A stretch of 64,000 nucleotides of DNA from Ascidiella aspersa (GCA_963924565.1 OZ004613.1:12896001-12960000), one strand, 5' to 3'. Shown: positions 53,490 to 64,000, counted from the stretch's first letter. The notes: generated by a model from the letters alone, not told the origin. Numbers and translations: made by a program.

Positions 53490-56400
53490 GTAATTATTTT
53501 GTTTTTTTCGTTTCCTTAAACCTCATTTAAATTATATTTACGCAATTGAACATTTAGCTGTATCGTTTTATTAAATGTTTTATTTATTTGTTATGAACGT
53601 TTTGTAGATTATGATTTTGGAGGGGTTCATTTGACCGAACCATGTTATTATAAAATGTATATACCTAGTTATTAATTAGTGTTTCCAAAGCAAAAGGAAT
53701 TCATTTGTATTTTCAAAACTTTTACATATTTGGCCTTGTCGACCAAAATAAAAAGGAATTTTAAGTACGGGTAGTAGGGATGTTCAGATTTAACTTTTTT
53801 TTGAAAATTTATGCTTCCTGCTTGATTTCCCATTATGTGTCACATAAAAATCAGTTTCACAAGTTTTCAAAACAATTGGACAACATTTAGGGGCTCGGCA
53901 CCCCAAAGTTATCACACTAAAATTGCTAAAATCCGGGACTTCCCGTAACACGATACTGTACGTTTTTCTTTAAAAACAAAGAAACCTTGTAATTTTTATA
54001 TTAAACAATGGAAAGAAAGCATCACTAATCTATTTCCCAGTTTTATGTAACTTAAAAAGTATTCTTAAAGCCCCCAAAGCCCTACTTTACCCCATTTTTA
54101 GAGTTGTCATTTGATTTATCACATATATTCAATAAAATACATTTTATCGAATTATTTAAAACCTGTTTATGATCGCCTGTGATCTTCAACAGCCTGTAGC
54201 AAGCTTGCAAGTTGCTGAGGATTGTCATTTAAGCATAATCAGTGATTAATATTTTTAACAAACACATGGTCAGCATGATCATGGAACTTGTCCATAATCG
54301 CAGCTTTGTTTAAGACAAACAACGGCTCCATCAAAGCAGGTTATGACGCCTTAGAAACGGCATGCCTCAGGGATTAGTCCTGGCTCCTTTGCTGTTTAAT
54401 GTTTATTACAGTGATCTGCCCGCCACAGTCTCCAAGCATACGCTGATGACTTGGCGATCTTGCATGCTGAAGGGAATTGGCGCAGTGTTGAGAGGACTCT
54501 TAGTCCACCTCAATAACAAGGAAATTAAACGTGTGTTGTCCGTCAATACCAATGGAAGAACTTTTGGATTTCCATGTCTACATACCTCGCATTGCATCTG
54601 GACAGGACACTCACACCCCAGAGGAGCCACAATACCAAAGGGTACTATCCTCGAGATGCTCCTTTGTACCAGCTGCACTCAAATCACTGCAGAAATGTGA
54701 AAGCTCTGGTGTAGGTGAATGGATGGCCACCAAATGGAACGAGGAGCAATATTACCCCTCTCCACCACTATTGCCCCACCACCTCCAATAAGCCTTAGGG
54801 TTTTGGCCTGTCTATTCGAGCCTAGACTCGCCTTAACAGGCTGAGAACAGGGGTCGGTCGTGCTAGGTCTTCCATGAATAAATGGGGCTTCTGTGACTGT
54901 GGTTTGGAGGAACAGACTGCAGATCACATAGTCTCACGGTGCCGATATATCGCCAACCAAGTGGGACAAATGGTCTGACACTCTTGGACGATGAGACTAT
55001 TCGCTGGCATCTCGACTTCTGCCCGGACATTTGAACTGGAATAATAAGATCGTCCATACGAAAGAAGAAGACGATCAAGCAGGTGCAACGCACAGTACAA
55101 AGTGGATGGGACAAGTTTTCTATGGCCAGAAATGTTTATGTGGTCTGAACAGATGGGTAATGATGCTATTTTTCTAGACAAACTTGTCACATTTTCCTTG
55201 TTTAGTAATCACCCACAAATCACCAAGGACACAAAGGCAGCAATTGCCCGAAAACTTCTTGCAAACCTGAAGATTTTCACCAAGGCATTCAAGTTTTGCA
55301 TCATAAAATCAAAAGTTATACCACTTTAAAGGAGTTGATTGGCACAGATTCCTGCTTTATTTTACGCTACTCAATCAGATATGTGATTGGCCGACGCATT
55401 CTCCCGATTCATGGTGCTCATAATACAAACGAGTTAAGGTCTTCATGTACTGTTACAGTTGTGAATGATGCCGCAGAAAGAGGGGTTAAAAGTAAACACA
55501 GATTGTGCTGCTATATTAACCGACAATCCACAGCAACAAACAACTTGCTACAAGCTGTTGAAGATCACAGGCAATCATACCCAGATTTTCTAAAAAAAAC
55601 CTTGGCTAAAAAATAATAAAAGCTATTCATTGATGTTCCTTTTTACATTTTTTAACTATTACATTGGTATACTTTTGCTATATTCCTTCTTTATTCACTG
55701 TTGATTAAAATACTTTGCTTTTCATAATATACAATTTGTTAAAATATATTTTATTGTACATATTTGAATTAAATGACAGCTCCAAAAATGGGGTAAAGTG
55801 GGAATTTTGGGGCTTCAAGAATACATTTTAAGTTATATAAAACTGGAAAATAGATTAGTGATGCTTTCTTGCCATTGTTTAATATAAAAATTTCAAAGTT
55901 AAATCTGAACAACCCTAACGGGTAGGCCTACTTGTTTTAAAGACACTTGTTAAAAGAGCTAAAATTTGTCTAACAAACTTGCTAAACTTATAATTGTGTA
56001 TCTCACTTAGTGTGCACTGCGAAAGTGGGCTGCGCGTTATAGATTCACTCTCACGCCATCTTATGCAAAATTATTATATTTAGCCTAAAAAGGATTCTTG
56101 GCATTAGTACTTGGCGCTGCCCTTTTTTCACGACAGCAATCAGTCAAGTCAAAAATTTTTGCCAGTCATAACTTCTTGTGACGAGAACGTCCGATAGTTT
56201 GGAATTTAATACTGCGATCTACTGCGATCTATTTTGCTAAAAACCATAGTCGTTTGACGAAATGCCATATGATGCGCCATTATTAAAGTCGAAATGCCAA
56301 AAGTATTTGTTATAAATGCATAAAATCTAGTTGTGTTTAGATTTAGACCATTATTTCTTTGTAACGTTCAAGTGTTAAAGTTGCTATGGTATGAAAAAAT

Positions 56401-59400
56401 CGCGTTTTTATGCATAAAATTTATTTGCTCGCACACTACATGGCTTAAAGCCCAATTTTGGCTTGGTAAAATATATCGTCACCGATACCACCATAATAGG
56501 CTCGCGAGCCATATATGTGTTTTTTAAGACGCCATATGCCTCTTTTAATAAAGAATCTTTTCATCTCAGATAAATCTAAGCTATCGATTCTTAGCATGAT
56601 TTGAATAAAACCCCACGCAGCCACGGCCGCTTTACTAACATAATTTTTCCTTTTTAAACACACAAAAAGAAGTATTTTTTTGGCAATTCGCTGGAATCCC
56701 ATTTTTGTATTTTTGGGACTGTTATCCCGTTTAATGGAATCTCTTTATATCCAAAAGACCTTGCTTTTCCGACGGAGCTCCGTAATAAAAGTTGTGCAAA
56801 CATAGCTAGTTTAGTTTTTCGTGCTTAGTATGTGCTGTCTTTTAATGAGAACAAAATAAAGGGCCCTGTTCAAACTGCTATTTTTCCCAACCTATAACTA
56901 GATGTAAAAAAGTATTATATGTCTCTCATGAAAATACAACCAAGAATATTTGTATTTTTTGGCTCCCTTAGCTAAAGGTTCCCGACCCCTGGTATAGGGT
57001 ATCGGCTTTGATCCGACATTATCAGGCATCCCTAACAAAACCTTTCTCTTTACAACAAGCAGCCTGCCTCGAGGGTGAAGGTTCTGCGCGAGATGAGCGA
57101 GGAGGACATTAAGCTTCAGGCGCAGGAGTTCATCTACCGCCAGACTCTCGTCAAGGAGAAGAGCAAGGCGGGAAGACACGCGCTGGAGGAGGTGGGAAGA
57201 TCCTTGAACGCGATCGCGCAGCGCCGGAGGCAGTACTTCCTCGAGTACAAGAACTGCAACTCGATCCGCTGCGTGCGTCAGTGGTACGCCTGGGAAACAA
57301 AGGTATGGGCTGCTGTGGTGTAAACGAGAGCCTTGACGCGCTGTTTATATTTCGTCGTTCGGATATGTCCGCACCGAGGCGCCTTTGTTTTCACTTGCGT
57401 AGGCCGAAATGCCAACTCATGTCGGCGAGCGTTGGACGAACATGAAAATTTAGTAATTACGCAAAGGAACACAAATGGTTCAGGCTAGGCACATCGCCGT
57501 ATGGCTATTATAAAAAAGTGACGCGTTTTCAGTGATACCTAAGACTAAAATATTACGAGATTTCCACTGCCATGACAAGTTGCAAACTTTCGTTTTTTAC
57601 GGTGTCAATTTGAAAATGCCTATAGTTGCACTTTTGCCACTGCAATAACGCATAAAAGTCATAAAAACAAATTACGTGCAAACGTGCAAAAGGCTGTTAG
57701 ACATTTCTAAAATCCTAGGTTTACTTTCTACAGCTATACTGTTTTACTTACTATCCGATAAACTCATTTCAACCCATCAGAAAACATTTGGTGTGCAACG
57801 AGTCTAACGACTTTTATATATGCACGAGTCCTAGCAAATTCACTCTCCGTTAAATCAATAGCGCAATCTGGAAACCAACCCTTCCGAGGCACGAACTGAA
57901 AACGCAGCAACCAGAGGCATCCGGATGTTTCTTCACCGGATCGACTTCTTCGGAACCCTCCTGGCGCGATTCATAGAGTACATACTCCGGCCCCTGCAGA
58001 CGCAATTTTCGACCACAAATGGCGCCAACCCGGATCTGGAGGCCATCAAAGCGGAAATGAGGCAACTCAAGGTGGAAGATAGTTTTAAAAGACTTTTGTA
58101 AATGTTGCAAAAACCTTGGCCTAATTGCGGAAGATCGCATTATTGTTTTAAAAGTGAGCTTAGTTTAATGCACAATATAAGAAAAGTGTTTAAGCTGTCC
58201 AATTTTCACCGAACTGGTCAACTTTATTTACTGCATCTTAGTATAATTTCATGTTATACAACATCAGTTTTTGTAGTAGTAAAATCAGTAGCTTTTTGTA
58301 GTAGTAAAACCTGATGTTTTTTTTATTTCTTAGGTAAGACTAAACGAGTTATTTTTGTTATGTGATTGCGAAAAATGAAGCAACAATATTTAGAAAACGT
58401 TAAAACCCTTGTCTTTTCATGATCCCCAAAAAAAGAAAACATGCGAAGCTCTGCTGAGCGATAACACTGAAGTGATTCTGGACAATGTGAATCACATTGA
58501 AGCTGAGAAGCGATTTCCAGTCATCTCCATTCTTCCCAGGGTCCACGACACCCTCCACAGAATGGTTCAACTCTCGTTCCAATGGCGGATGCATGCTTGG
58601 TAGGGTTTAAAGGTTTCTCCTTAAAATTTCTTTTAAACAGAACTAATAAGGGCCATGATGAGTAATATTTTGAACCTGCATTTTGCTGAAAGTGCAGTAT
58701 TTGGTTCCCTTTCAATTTCGTACGTAAATCGAAGCAAAATAATACAAAATAAAAAAAGTTCCGTATATACAAATTATGCTTTACGCACAATATTTGGGTT
58801 AGGGTTAGCGTTTGGGTGTGTGTGGCTCAAGTATTATTATATGTATTATTATTAATAATGCTTATTATCGCCCAGCACACATGATTTAGATTTTTGCCTT
58901 TTTGCAAACACCGATGTTTATCTCATGAAATAGATGCGTTTTAAAGTTTAACGGTTATATTGTTAAGTAATAATTATTTTGCGCAGCTACGAACAGCAAT
59001 TCGAAGCAATCGAAAATCGCAGATCGTTGACCGAGACCGAGCGAGACCTAATGGAAAAAAGAAAAATCTTAAGAGGAATGGAACACAACATCAGGTGTGC
59101 TGGCTGCTGTGGCTCTACCTGTATTGGTTTACATGCACTGTCTTTGTATGTCTATTAACTATAGGCAGGGTTGCCATACCGTCCTTATTTATAAGACTTG
59201 TCCTTATTTTGAAGGGCTAGGTCTTAGAAAACTTATGTCCTTATTTCTAAGAAATGTCCTTATTTTCGAATTGCGTCCTTATTTTGTCTTGTTTTCAAAA
59301 CCTACAGAACCTCGATCGTTTTCCTCTGGTAACCAAAGTTGAATTATATTCTAAAATTGAGTTTATATGACATCATAAATGAAAATACTCCCGTCCCCGT

Positions 59401-62400
59401 GGCGTACAAGTCTCAGGTTTTACTTCTAAGTGGTGTGATAGCTAGGGCAGTGAGAATACAGTAACGACATTTTAGCAGTAAACGGCAGTTACTGCTGTTT
59501 AGGCTACAGCAGAATAGGGTGCGGCAAAGGCAACATTTTTTGCGTAGTGGTTGATAATGGGGAAATGGGTACAATGGATGCAACACTTCGATCGTGATCG
59601 ACCGTTTGATTGCCACATTTCACCTGGTCGATTGCGTGTCGGATTTTTAAAATAGCGTTCTTCAAGCAACATTAACAGGAATATAGACCGAAAAACAAAC
59701 CAATAAATTGCTGGAGCCGATAGTTTCTGGCAAAAAATATGGAATGTGATATGACATGGCTCGTACAAATACAATGCATGTCTAAAAACGTTTTTTAGAT
59801 GCAAATCTAATTTTCCGGTTGTCCTTATTTTTGGGTCCATGTCGATGGCAACCCTGACTATAGGGCTATATAAGTCCTCTTTCAAGAGGACTTGTGATTT
59901 CTTTTGAAGAAAAATGAATGGTCTTTCCGAGGCACTGAAAATGCGCAAATGTCCTCCTTTGTACATACTGCCTATTTTGCTTAAATTTTTACCAGAACTA
60001 AATTTTTACAAAAATTTACCAGAAATTTTTTTGACTTGTAGTTTTTGTCCGAATTACTTAAAACGATTTTACTGCTACAGTATAGGCTAAGCTTTTTTTC
60101 ATTAATTGTTCGTATTAAAATTTTCATAGAAAAATATATTTACCTGTTTTTGTCTTTTAGGCTGTTTCGTTGGCTGAATATAGGTATAATTAATTATCCA
60201 AAAAGAAGTATCAAGTAGAACACTATTAACAGATACTTCTTGTTCTCTTTTAGGGCTAAATTGTTCTATTTTTCCGCGATGTATATATGGTAGGGCTAAA
60301 AGGTCTGCCCATTAAAGGTAATTTTCTACCAACACATTGTTTCAATAATTTAGTGTCGTACAACATTATTGAATACCAGTAAAAACACTGGCCACTTAAA
60401 CCGTATAGTAAAATAGTTACTTGTTAGGGTAATCATATACTACGAAGTTTTTTCCCAAAATGAGGCTTAAAATATCAATAACAGGGAAACTTTTCAGCAA
60501 AACCACCAACTTCAATCGTTTTACAGTAGGCTATTTTGGTGCACATTCATTAGTTAAAAATTTTAAGAAATCCCAGCTCGAAATTAATCGCAAAACTTTC
60601 TGCTCATTTCCAGGCGCAGCAGACGAAGCCAGGAACTCCTAGAAGAAGAAGTGGCGAACAGGGAGCAGGCGATATCGTCGAGCAACTTCAGCCAGGTCTA
60701 TGTTGAGTGCACGGATCAGATCGAGGCGGTACGTCAAGCGTATGAACAGTGCAAGGCCAATCTTGACAACGCGGAGACCACCATTAAAACGTAAGGATGT
60801 GAAGTACAATTGCACCGTCGTGTAGTTGCTAGCTGACATTATAGGTTGTGTGTATACGTCATTAAACTATGTATTTCAAAATAGGCTCCAAGGACTTATT
60901 TAGTTTATTAGGAGCATCTGTGACATTTAAAAACCTTATTCAGTATTTTAGTTAAATATAAATTTTATATGTTAACTTTAATCGTGCGTATATCGAAATG
61001 TCTACTATTATAAGTTTTTTTATGATTCTATATCTGATTTTTATTTTTTGTTGATAATAAAGTTTGCAAAATACCATGAAGCTTTCCACTTTACCAAAAC
61101 CAGGTTTCATATTATATTTCTATTAGTCAATACGTTAATGTTTTAATCGTCAACTGACGGGTTCTACCTTTAGCCATCCGTTGACTTAAAGTATTTTCGT
61201 TAGTAAAATGGTGAATGTTGTTCAAGTGTTAAACTACAGGTCACAACTTAACCTTTATGTCTCTTTTCTGCTTGATAATAATCGACCGGATTTTTGGCTT
61301 GATTTTGAATAAATGTTACGATGAAAATATTCAACAAGTTTAATGATAAAAGCAATCGTATTGTTTTAAGCGTTCAACAGGGCTTTGGAAAATACAAAAT
61401 CGTTGGACAGAGACAAAAGAAGAAGTTGGAATCGAGCATGTTGCGACGAACGCGAAAGGCAGAGGAACTGGAAAAGATAAAAGCAGAACTTGATCGACTT
61501 GAGGTAAAAAGTTTGTCTATAGGTAGTGTACTGTGTGTAGCCTGTGATCAATTGCCAAAAGGTCTGCCAAGCTGGCAACCTTTCGCTAATTAACCCAACG
61601 AATTGACAGTAGGGTAGGTCTGTAGGAATTTTAATAGTAATCGTGTAGTAATATTTCCGGCATTATGAACCATTTGATTGGACTATCCTACACCTTTAGT
61701 CATCCGTTTGACTTATAGTATTTTCGTTAGTAAAATGGTAAATGTTGTTCAAATGTTAAACTATAGGTCCGAAATGTTATGTCCTTTTTCTGCTTGATAA
61801 TAAAAGAAGCATTTGATTGGACTATCCTACACTATTTTGTGATTTCTTTTTTTTAATATTAAAAAAATCTCCAAATGTGAAAGAAAAATAGTCATCAATA
61901 AAGTATTAGTGACAAGATGCGGTGCACTTCACACGAAACCTAACTTAATGTTTTGAGCCTGGCTAAAAACGTCACGTTGTCATTTGCAATTCTTCCAAAC
62001 AGAGCCGCAAGTTGAGATTGGACGAGGAGGAGATTTTTTGGCTAAGAGGAGGATACGAGAACGAGGTGAACATCATCGAATCGCTCCGGGAGCAATCCAG
62101 AGCATTGCAGAAGAACGTCATCGCACTTGAAAGGCAAAGAGATGACCTAAAGGCGTCGTACGAAAACTCAATGCAGCAGGTACAATTCTTTGACTAAATA
62201 TTCTCATGTTAAACCTATTAATATATTGCTAAAATATATTTTAATAAATTTGCTTTGTTGACATTATATTATAAAAAAACGCACCTGAATTCAACAGAAA
62301 TCTGAGTTTTTGATGAACGATTCAGGGCATATACTCGTAATGTGATGAATCGCGTTCAAATGTAAATTCCATCGTAGATTTGTGATTTGAGGACTGATAT

Positions 62401-64000
62401 TTTTAGTATGTTTAGTACATGATAGATTTAGACGCCAATGATGTAATAGTATGACATTGCAAGAAATCATTTTACATGAAACTTTATACGTTTTATATAA
62501 CATATTGGAGTTTTAAAGTCGCCCTTGTTTCAATTTGTTGGTTGTTAGCGTTGTTTCACATTCTTAAACATTAAGCTTTTTTTCTTTGTTTAGGTTTTTC
62601 GACTGGGAACGGATTACGATGATCTTATGCACAAATACGAATATGTTAAGCAGCTCGCAGCTGTTGTGGTCAAAACGTTGTGGCATAGTTCCTCTCCCAC
62701 CATACTGGTAAAGCCAAACAAGGTAATATACATTATACAGTAAGCGATTGCAGTAGTTGTAAGATTGCGACAAGTCGTCCGTTTTTCGACTAATTTTTAG
62801 CTGTGCACATTGTATTTAAGTTCTATAAAATAATTGATTCCGTACACAAACATAGCGAACGTCCTTTTTATTTTTCCGGTCGAAACATTGTGTGAAGGGT
62901 GTAGTATCGAGGATATCTTCGTTGTATTTGAAACACTTGCCACATTTTGCTTTTAAACCGATGTTGACTGTATGCCAATAGACAAATAGCAATTTAAGGG
63001 AAATCACAACCTTTTAAATTTGTTTTAAAAACGGTCACTTAACAGCGCACAATTGTCGACTTACAGATGGACGTCGATTCTCTGCGGGAACAGGGGACCT
63101 ACGACATGACGCAGCCCAAGGGTGTGGCCCTCCTCATTCACAACCAGTGGAAGAAGGCGGGGCGTGATAGGCCACACCTTGCAATCGGTGGCGGCAAGAA
63201 ATCAGGCCCCAGTGAACGCAAGAACGACCTCGGGCGACAACTGGAAACCCTCCTGGTCCAACTGGGCTTCTACGCCATCCGCAGATCGAACGTGAGCAGC
63301 TCGGGCATCCGTAACAACGTGTCGGGACTCTCGGACCAGTACCACGGCTACTCGGGCAATCACAACTCGATAGCGGTGGTGGTGGTGGCCAATTCGAACG
63401 AGCACGGGCAGATAATCGACAGCGACGGTAGCGTGGTATCAGTTGGTGCCTTGCTAAACCACTTTGCCGGCAGCCGCTGCCCGACGCTGATCGGCAAGCC
63501 TAAACTCTTTATCTTCCTGCTTAAAGTTACAGTCCGGAAACCGTCGCTGCCTATGGTGAGCGACATACACGGCGCCAAGAAGTCGACGCGTCTTTCTCTT
63601 GGATCCGATTTGCCTGTCTACTTTGAGCCTGAGCCGCTGACACTGGATGATGACTTCATAGTGGCGCGCGTTATGCACGAGGAAGACTCGCTGTCCGACG
63701 GCGGGCCCACGTTCGGCGGCGTTAGTAGCTCGTCGGCCGACGGGGAGATCCCCTGGTTCGCCAACACCTTAATGACGTCACTGGCCGACCAGGCCGGCGT
63801 CGCAGACGTGGCCGAAATCTTGGCCGGCGTAAAGCGAAAGTTTCGCGCGCACTACGCCACGCCGCGATCCGACCGCTCCGAGCAGTCCCGGCTAAGCAAG
63901 GATTCGAACCATTCACCTCTGGAATCCACGATGCTCCGTCCGTCCCCACGCGACGATCACGTAAACATGTTCGTGGATAGCTCGCTCAAGCGAAAGCTTT
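53451..64000 (+). CDS. Coiled-coil protein with a C-terminal catalytically inactive caspase (peptidase C14A) domain, 3'-partial, >770 aa
   Basis: Exons 53451-53489 (tentative), 57063-57302, 57862-58071, 58436-58599, 58987-59094, 60614-60790, 61371-61503, 62003-62179, 62594-62722 and 63067->64000. Phases 0,0,0,2,2,2,0,0,0 all match with no stop codon. The last exon carries caspase motifs YDMTQPKGVALLIHN, LGF, CPTLIGKPKLFIF, DDFIVA, PWFANTL and SSLKRKL. Confidence 0.88.
53775..55917 (+). mobile_element. Defective hAT-superfamily (hATm-like) DNA transposon with a transposase remnant
   Basis: TIRs TAGGGATGTTCAGATTTAACTTT / AAAGTTAAATCTGAACAACCCTA, plus a long subterminal inverted repeat (~53990-54150 vs ~55735-55892). 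Perfect 8-bp TSD ACGGGTAG. Frameshifted coding remnant at 55082-55616 (GATHSTKWM...; VVNDAAERGVK...LLQAVEDHRQSYP). The hATm subgroup call is from memory of these motifs. Confidence 0.85.
54255..55071 (+). mobile_element. Decayed, 5'-truncated non-LTR retrotransposon (I-group/Vingi-like) nested in the hAT element
   Basis: RT motifs RLRNGMPQGLVLAPLLFNVYYSDLP and frameshifted YADDLAIL. C-terminal LNRLRTGVGR...WGFCDCG..EQTADHIVSRC CCHC knuckle. 3' end CATACGAAAGAAGAAG. Stops and frameshifts are present. Confidence 0.82.
57063..57302 (+). CDS. Pseudo-caspase gene exon
   Basis: NAGNAG acceptor (57059/57062). PASRVKVLREMSEEDIKLQAQEF...RCVRQWYAWETK|GTATGG; high GC3. Confidence 0.85.
57862..58071 (+). 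CDS. Pseudo-caspase gene exon
   Basis: caatag|RNLETNPSEARTENAATRGIRMFLHRIDFFGTLLARFIEYILRPLQTQFSTTNGANPDLEAIKAEMRQLK|GTGGAA, 210 nt. Confidence 0.82.
58436..58599 (+). CDS. Pseudo-caspase gene exon
   Basis: KTCEALLSDNTEVILDNVNHIEAEKRFPVISILPRVHDTLHRMVQLSFQWRMHA(C)|GTAGGG. The acceptor is weak; an in-frame alternative AG lies at 58393. Confidence 0.78.
58987..59094 (+). CDS. Pseudo-caspase gene exon (coiled coil)
   Basis: ttttgcgcag|YEQQFEAIENRRSLTETERDLMEKRKILRGMEHNI(R)|GTGTGC. The frame differs from the one shown in the ORF track. Confidence 0.85.
59166..59856. mobile_element. hAT (Blackjack-like ends) MITE, 691 bp
   Basis: TIRs CAGGGTTGCCAT / ATGGCAACCCTG, perfect 8-bp TSD ACTATAGG, six GTCCTTATTT subterminal repeats. 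Confidence 0.92.
60614..60790 (+). CDS. Pseudo-caspase gene exon (coiled coil)
   Basis: catttccag|RSRRSQELLEEEVANREQAISSSNFSQVYVECTDQIEAVRQAYEQCKANLDNAETTIK(T)|GTAAGG. Confidence 0.88.
61165..61832. repeat. ~110-bp direct repeats on both sides of exon 61371-61503
   Basis: ~61165-61280 and ~61692-61803 share CATCCGTT..GACTTA.AGTATTTTCGTTAGTAAAATGGT.AATGTTGTTCAA.TGTTAAACTA.AGGTC...TTTTCTGCTTGATAATAA. CATTTGATTGGACTATCCTACAC occurs at both 61671 and 61810. Confidence 0.85.
61371..61503 (+). CDS. Pseudo-caspase gene exon (coiled coil)
   Basis: ttgttttaag|VQQGFGKYKIVGQRQKKKLESSMLRRTRKAEELEKIKAELDRLE|GTAAAA. Confidence 0.85.
62003..62179 (+). CDS. Pseudo-caspase gene exon (coiled coil)
   Basis: ttccaaacag|SRKLRLDEEEIFWLRGGYENEVNIIESLREQSRALQKNVIALERQRDDLKASYENSMQQ|GTACAA. 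Confidence 0.88.
62594..62722 (+). CDS. Pseudo-caspase gene exon (linker)
   Basis: tttctttgtttag|VFRLGTDYDDLMHKYEYVKQLAAVVVKTLWHSSSPTILVKPNK|GTAATA, 129 nt, phase 0-0. Confidence 0.8.
63067..64000 (+). CDS. Caspase-fold (p20+p10-like) exon, catalytically degenerate, truncated by the window end
   Basis: Starts ttacag|ATG and stays open for 311 codons to the window edge, so it is absent from the ORF track: MDVDSLREQGTYDMTQPKGVALLIHNQW...LETLLVQLGF...SIAVVVVANSNEHGQIIDSDG...LLNHFAGSRCPTLIGKPKLFIFLLKVT...DDFIVA...GEIPWFANTLMTSL...DVAEILAGVKRK...VDSSLKRKL. Confidence 0.92.
   Translation, partial: MDVDSLREQGTYDMTQPKGVALLIHNQWKKAGRDRPHLAIGGGKKSGPSERKNDLGRQLETLLVQLGFYAIRRSNVSSSGIRNNVSGLSDQYHGYSGNHNSIAVVVVANSNEHGQIIDSDGSVVSVGALLNHFAGSRCPTLIGKPKLFIFLLKVTVRKPSLPMVSDIHGAKKSTRLSLGSDLPVYFEPEPLTLDDDFIVARVMHEEDSLSDGGPTFGGVSSSSADGEIPWFANTLMTSLADQAGVADVAEILAGVKRKFRAHYATPRSDRSEQSRLSKDSNHSPLESTMLRPSPRDDHVNMFVDSSLKRKL

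Noticed and set aside
63403-63408. HG dipeptide (NEHG) as the caspase catalytic His-Gly
   Set aside because: Alignment to SHG-xx-GIIYGTDG places this Gly at the later conserved Gly (GQIIDSDG), so the His is displaced by several residues. The catalytic Cys is absent in any case.
63202-63949. Four minus-strand ORFs in the track
   Set aside because: They are antisense shadows of the GC-rich caspase-fold exon.

Overview
This is AT-rich, intron-rich animal DNA. A tunicate-like invertebrate chordate is my inference from gene content and splice-site style; the sequence does not prove it. The ORF track is mostly noise because the genes are spliced. I rebuilt three genes by hand, with GT-AG boundaries and matching intron phases throughout. 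(1) Minus strand, 1888 to <231, running off the left edge: a secreted protein with signal peptide, Cys pair, short Gly-X-Y collagen, coiled-coil neck and a pentraxin domain. This is a collectin/ficolin layout with a pentraxin head. (2) Minus strand, 48902 to 6022: a 10-coding-exon, ~518-aa class A GPCR of the cannabinoid/S1P/LPA lipid-receptor group, spread over ~43 kb. It has an enlarged Cys-rich ECL2, no W6.48, no basic residue at 3.28 and a ~187-aa tail with basic clusters. (3) Plus strand, 53451 to >64000, head-to-head with the GPCR: ~460 aa of helical/coiled-coil sequence with no recognisable CARD/DED, joined to a single-exon caspase fold whose catalytic motifs are lost (QACxG reads LLKVT). 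This is a pseudo-caspase, and the ORF track misses its caspase exon entirely. The introns carry many hAT-type MITEs with 8-bp TSDs, a hAT transposase remnant with a nested decayed LINE, tRNA-derived SINE-like heads and local duplications. I found no CRISPR array, rRNA or intact tRNA.
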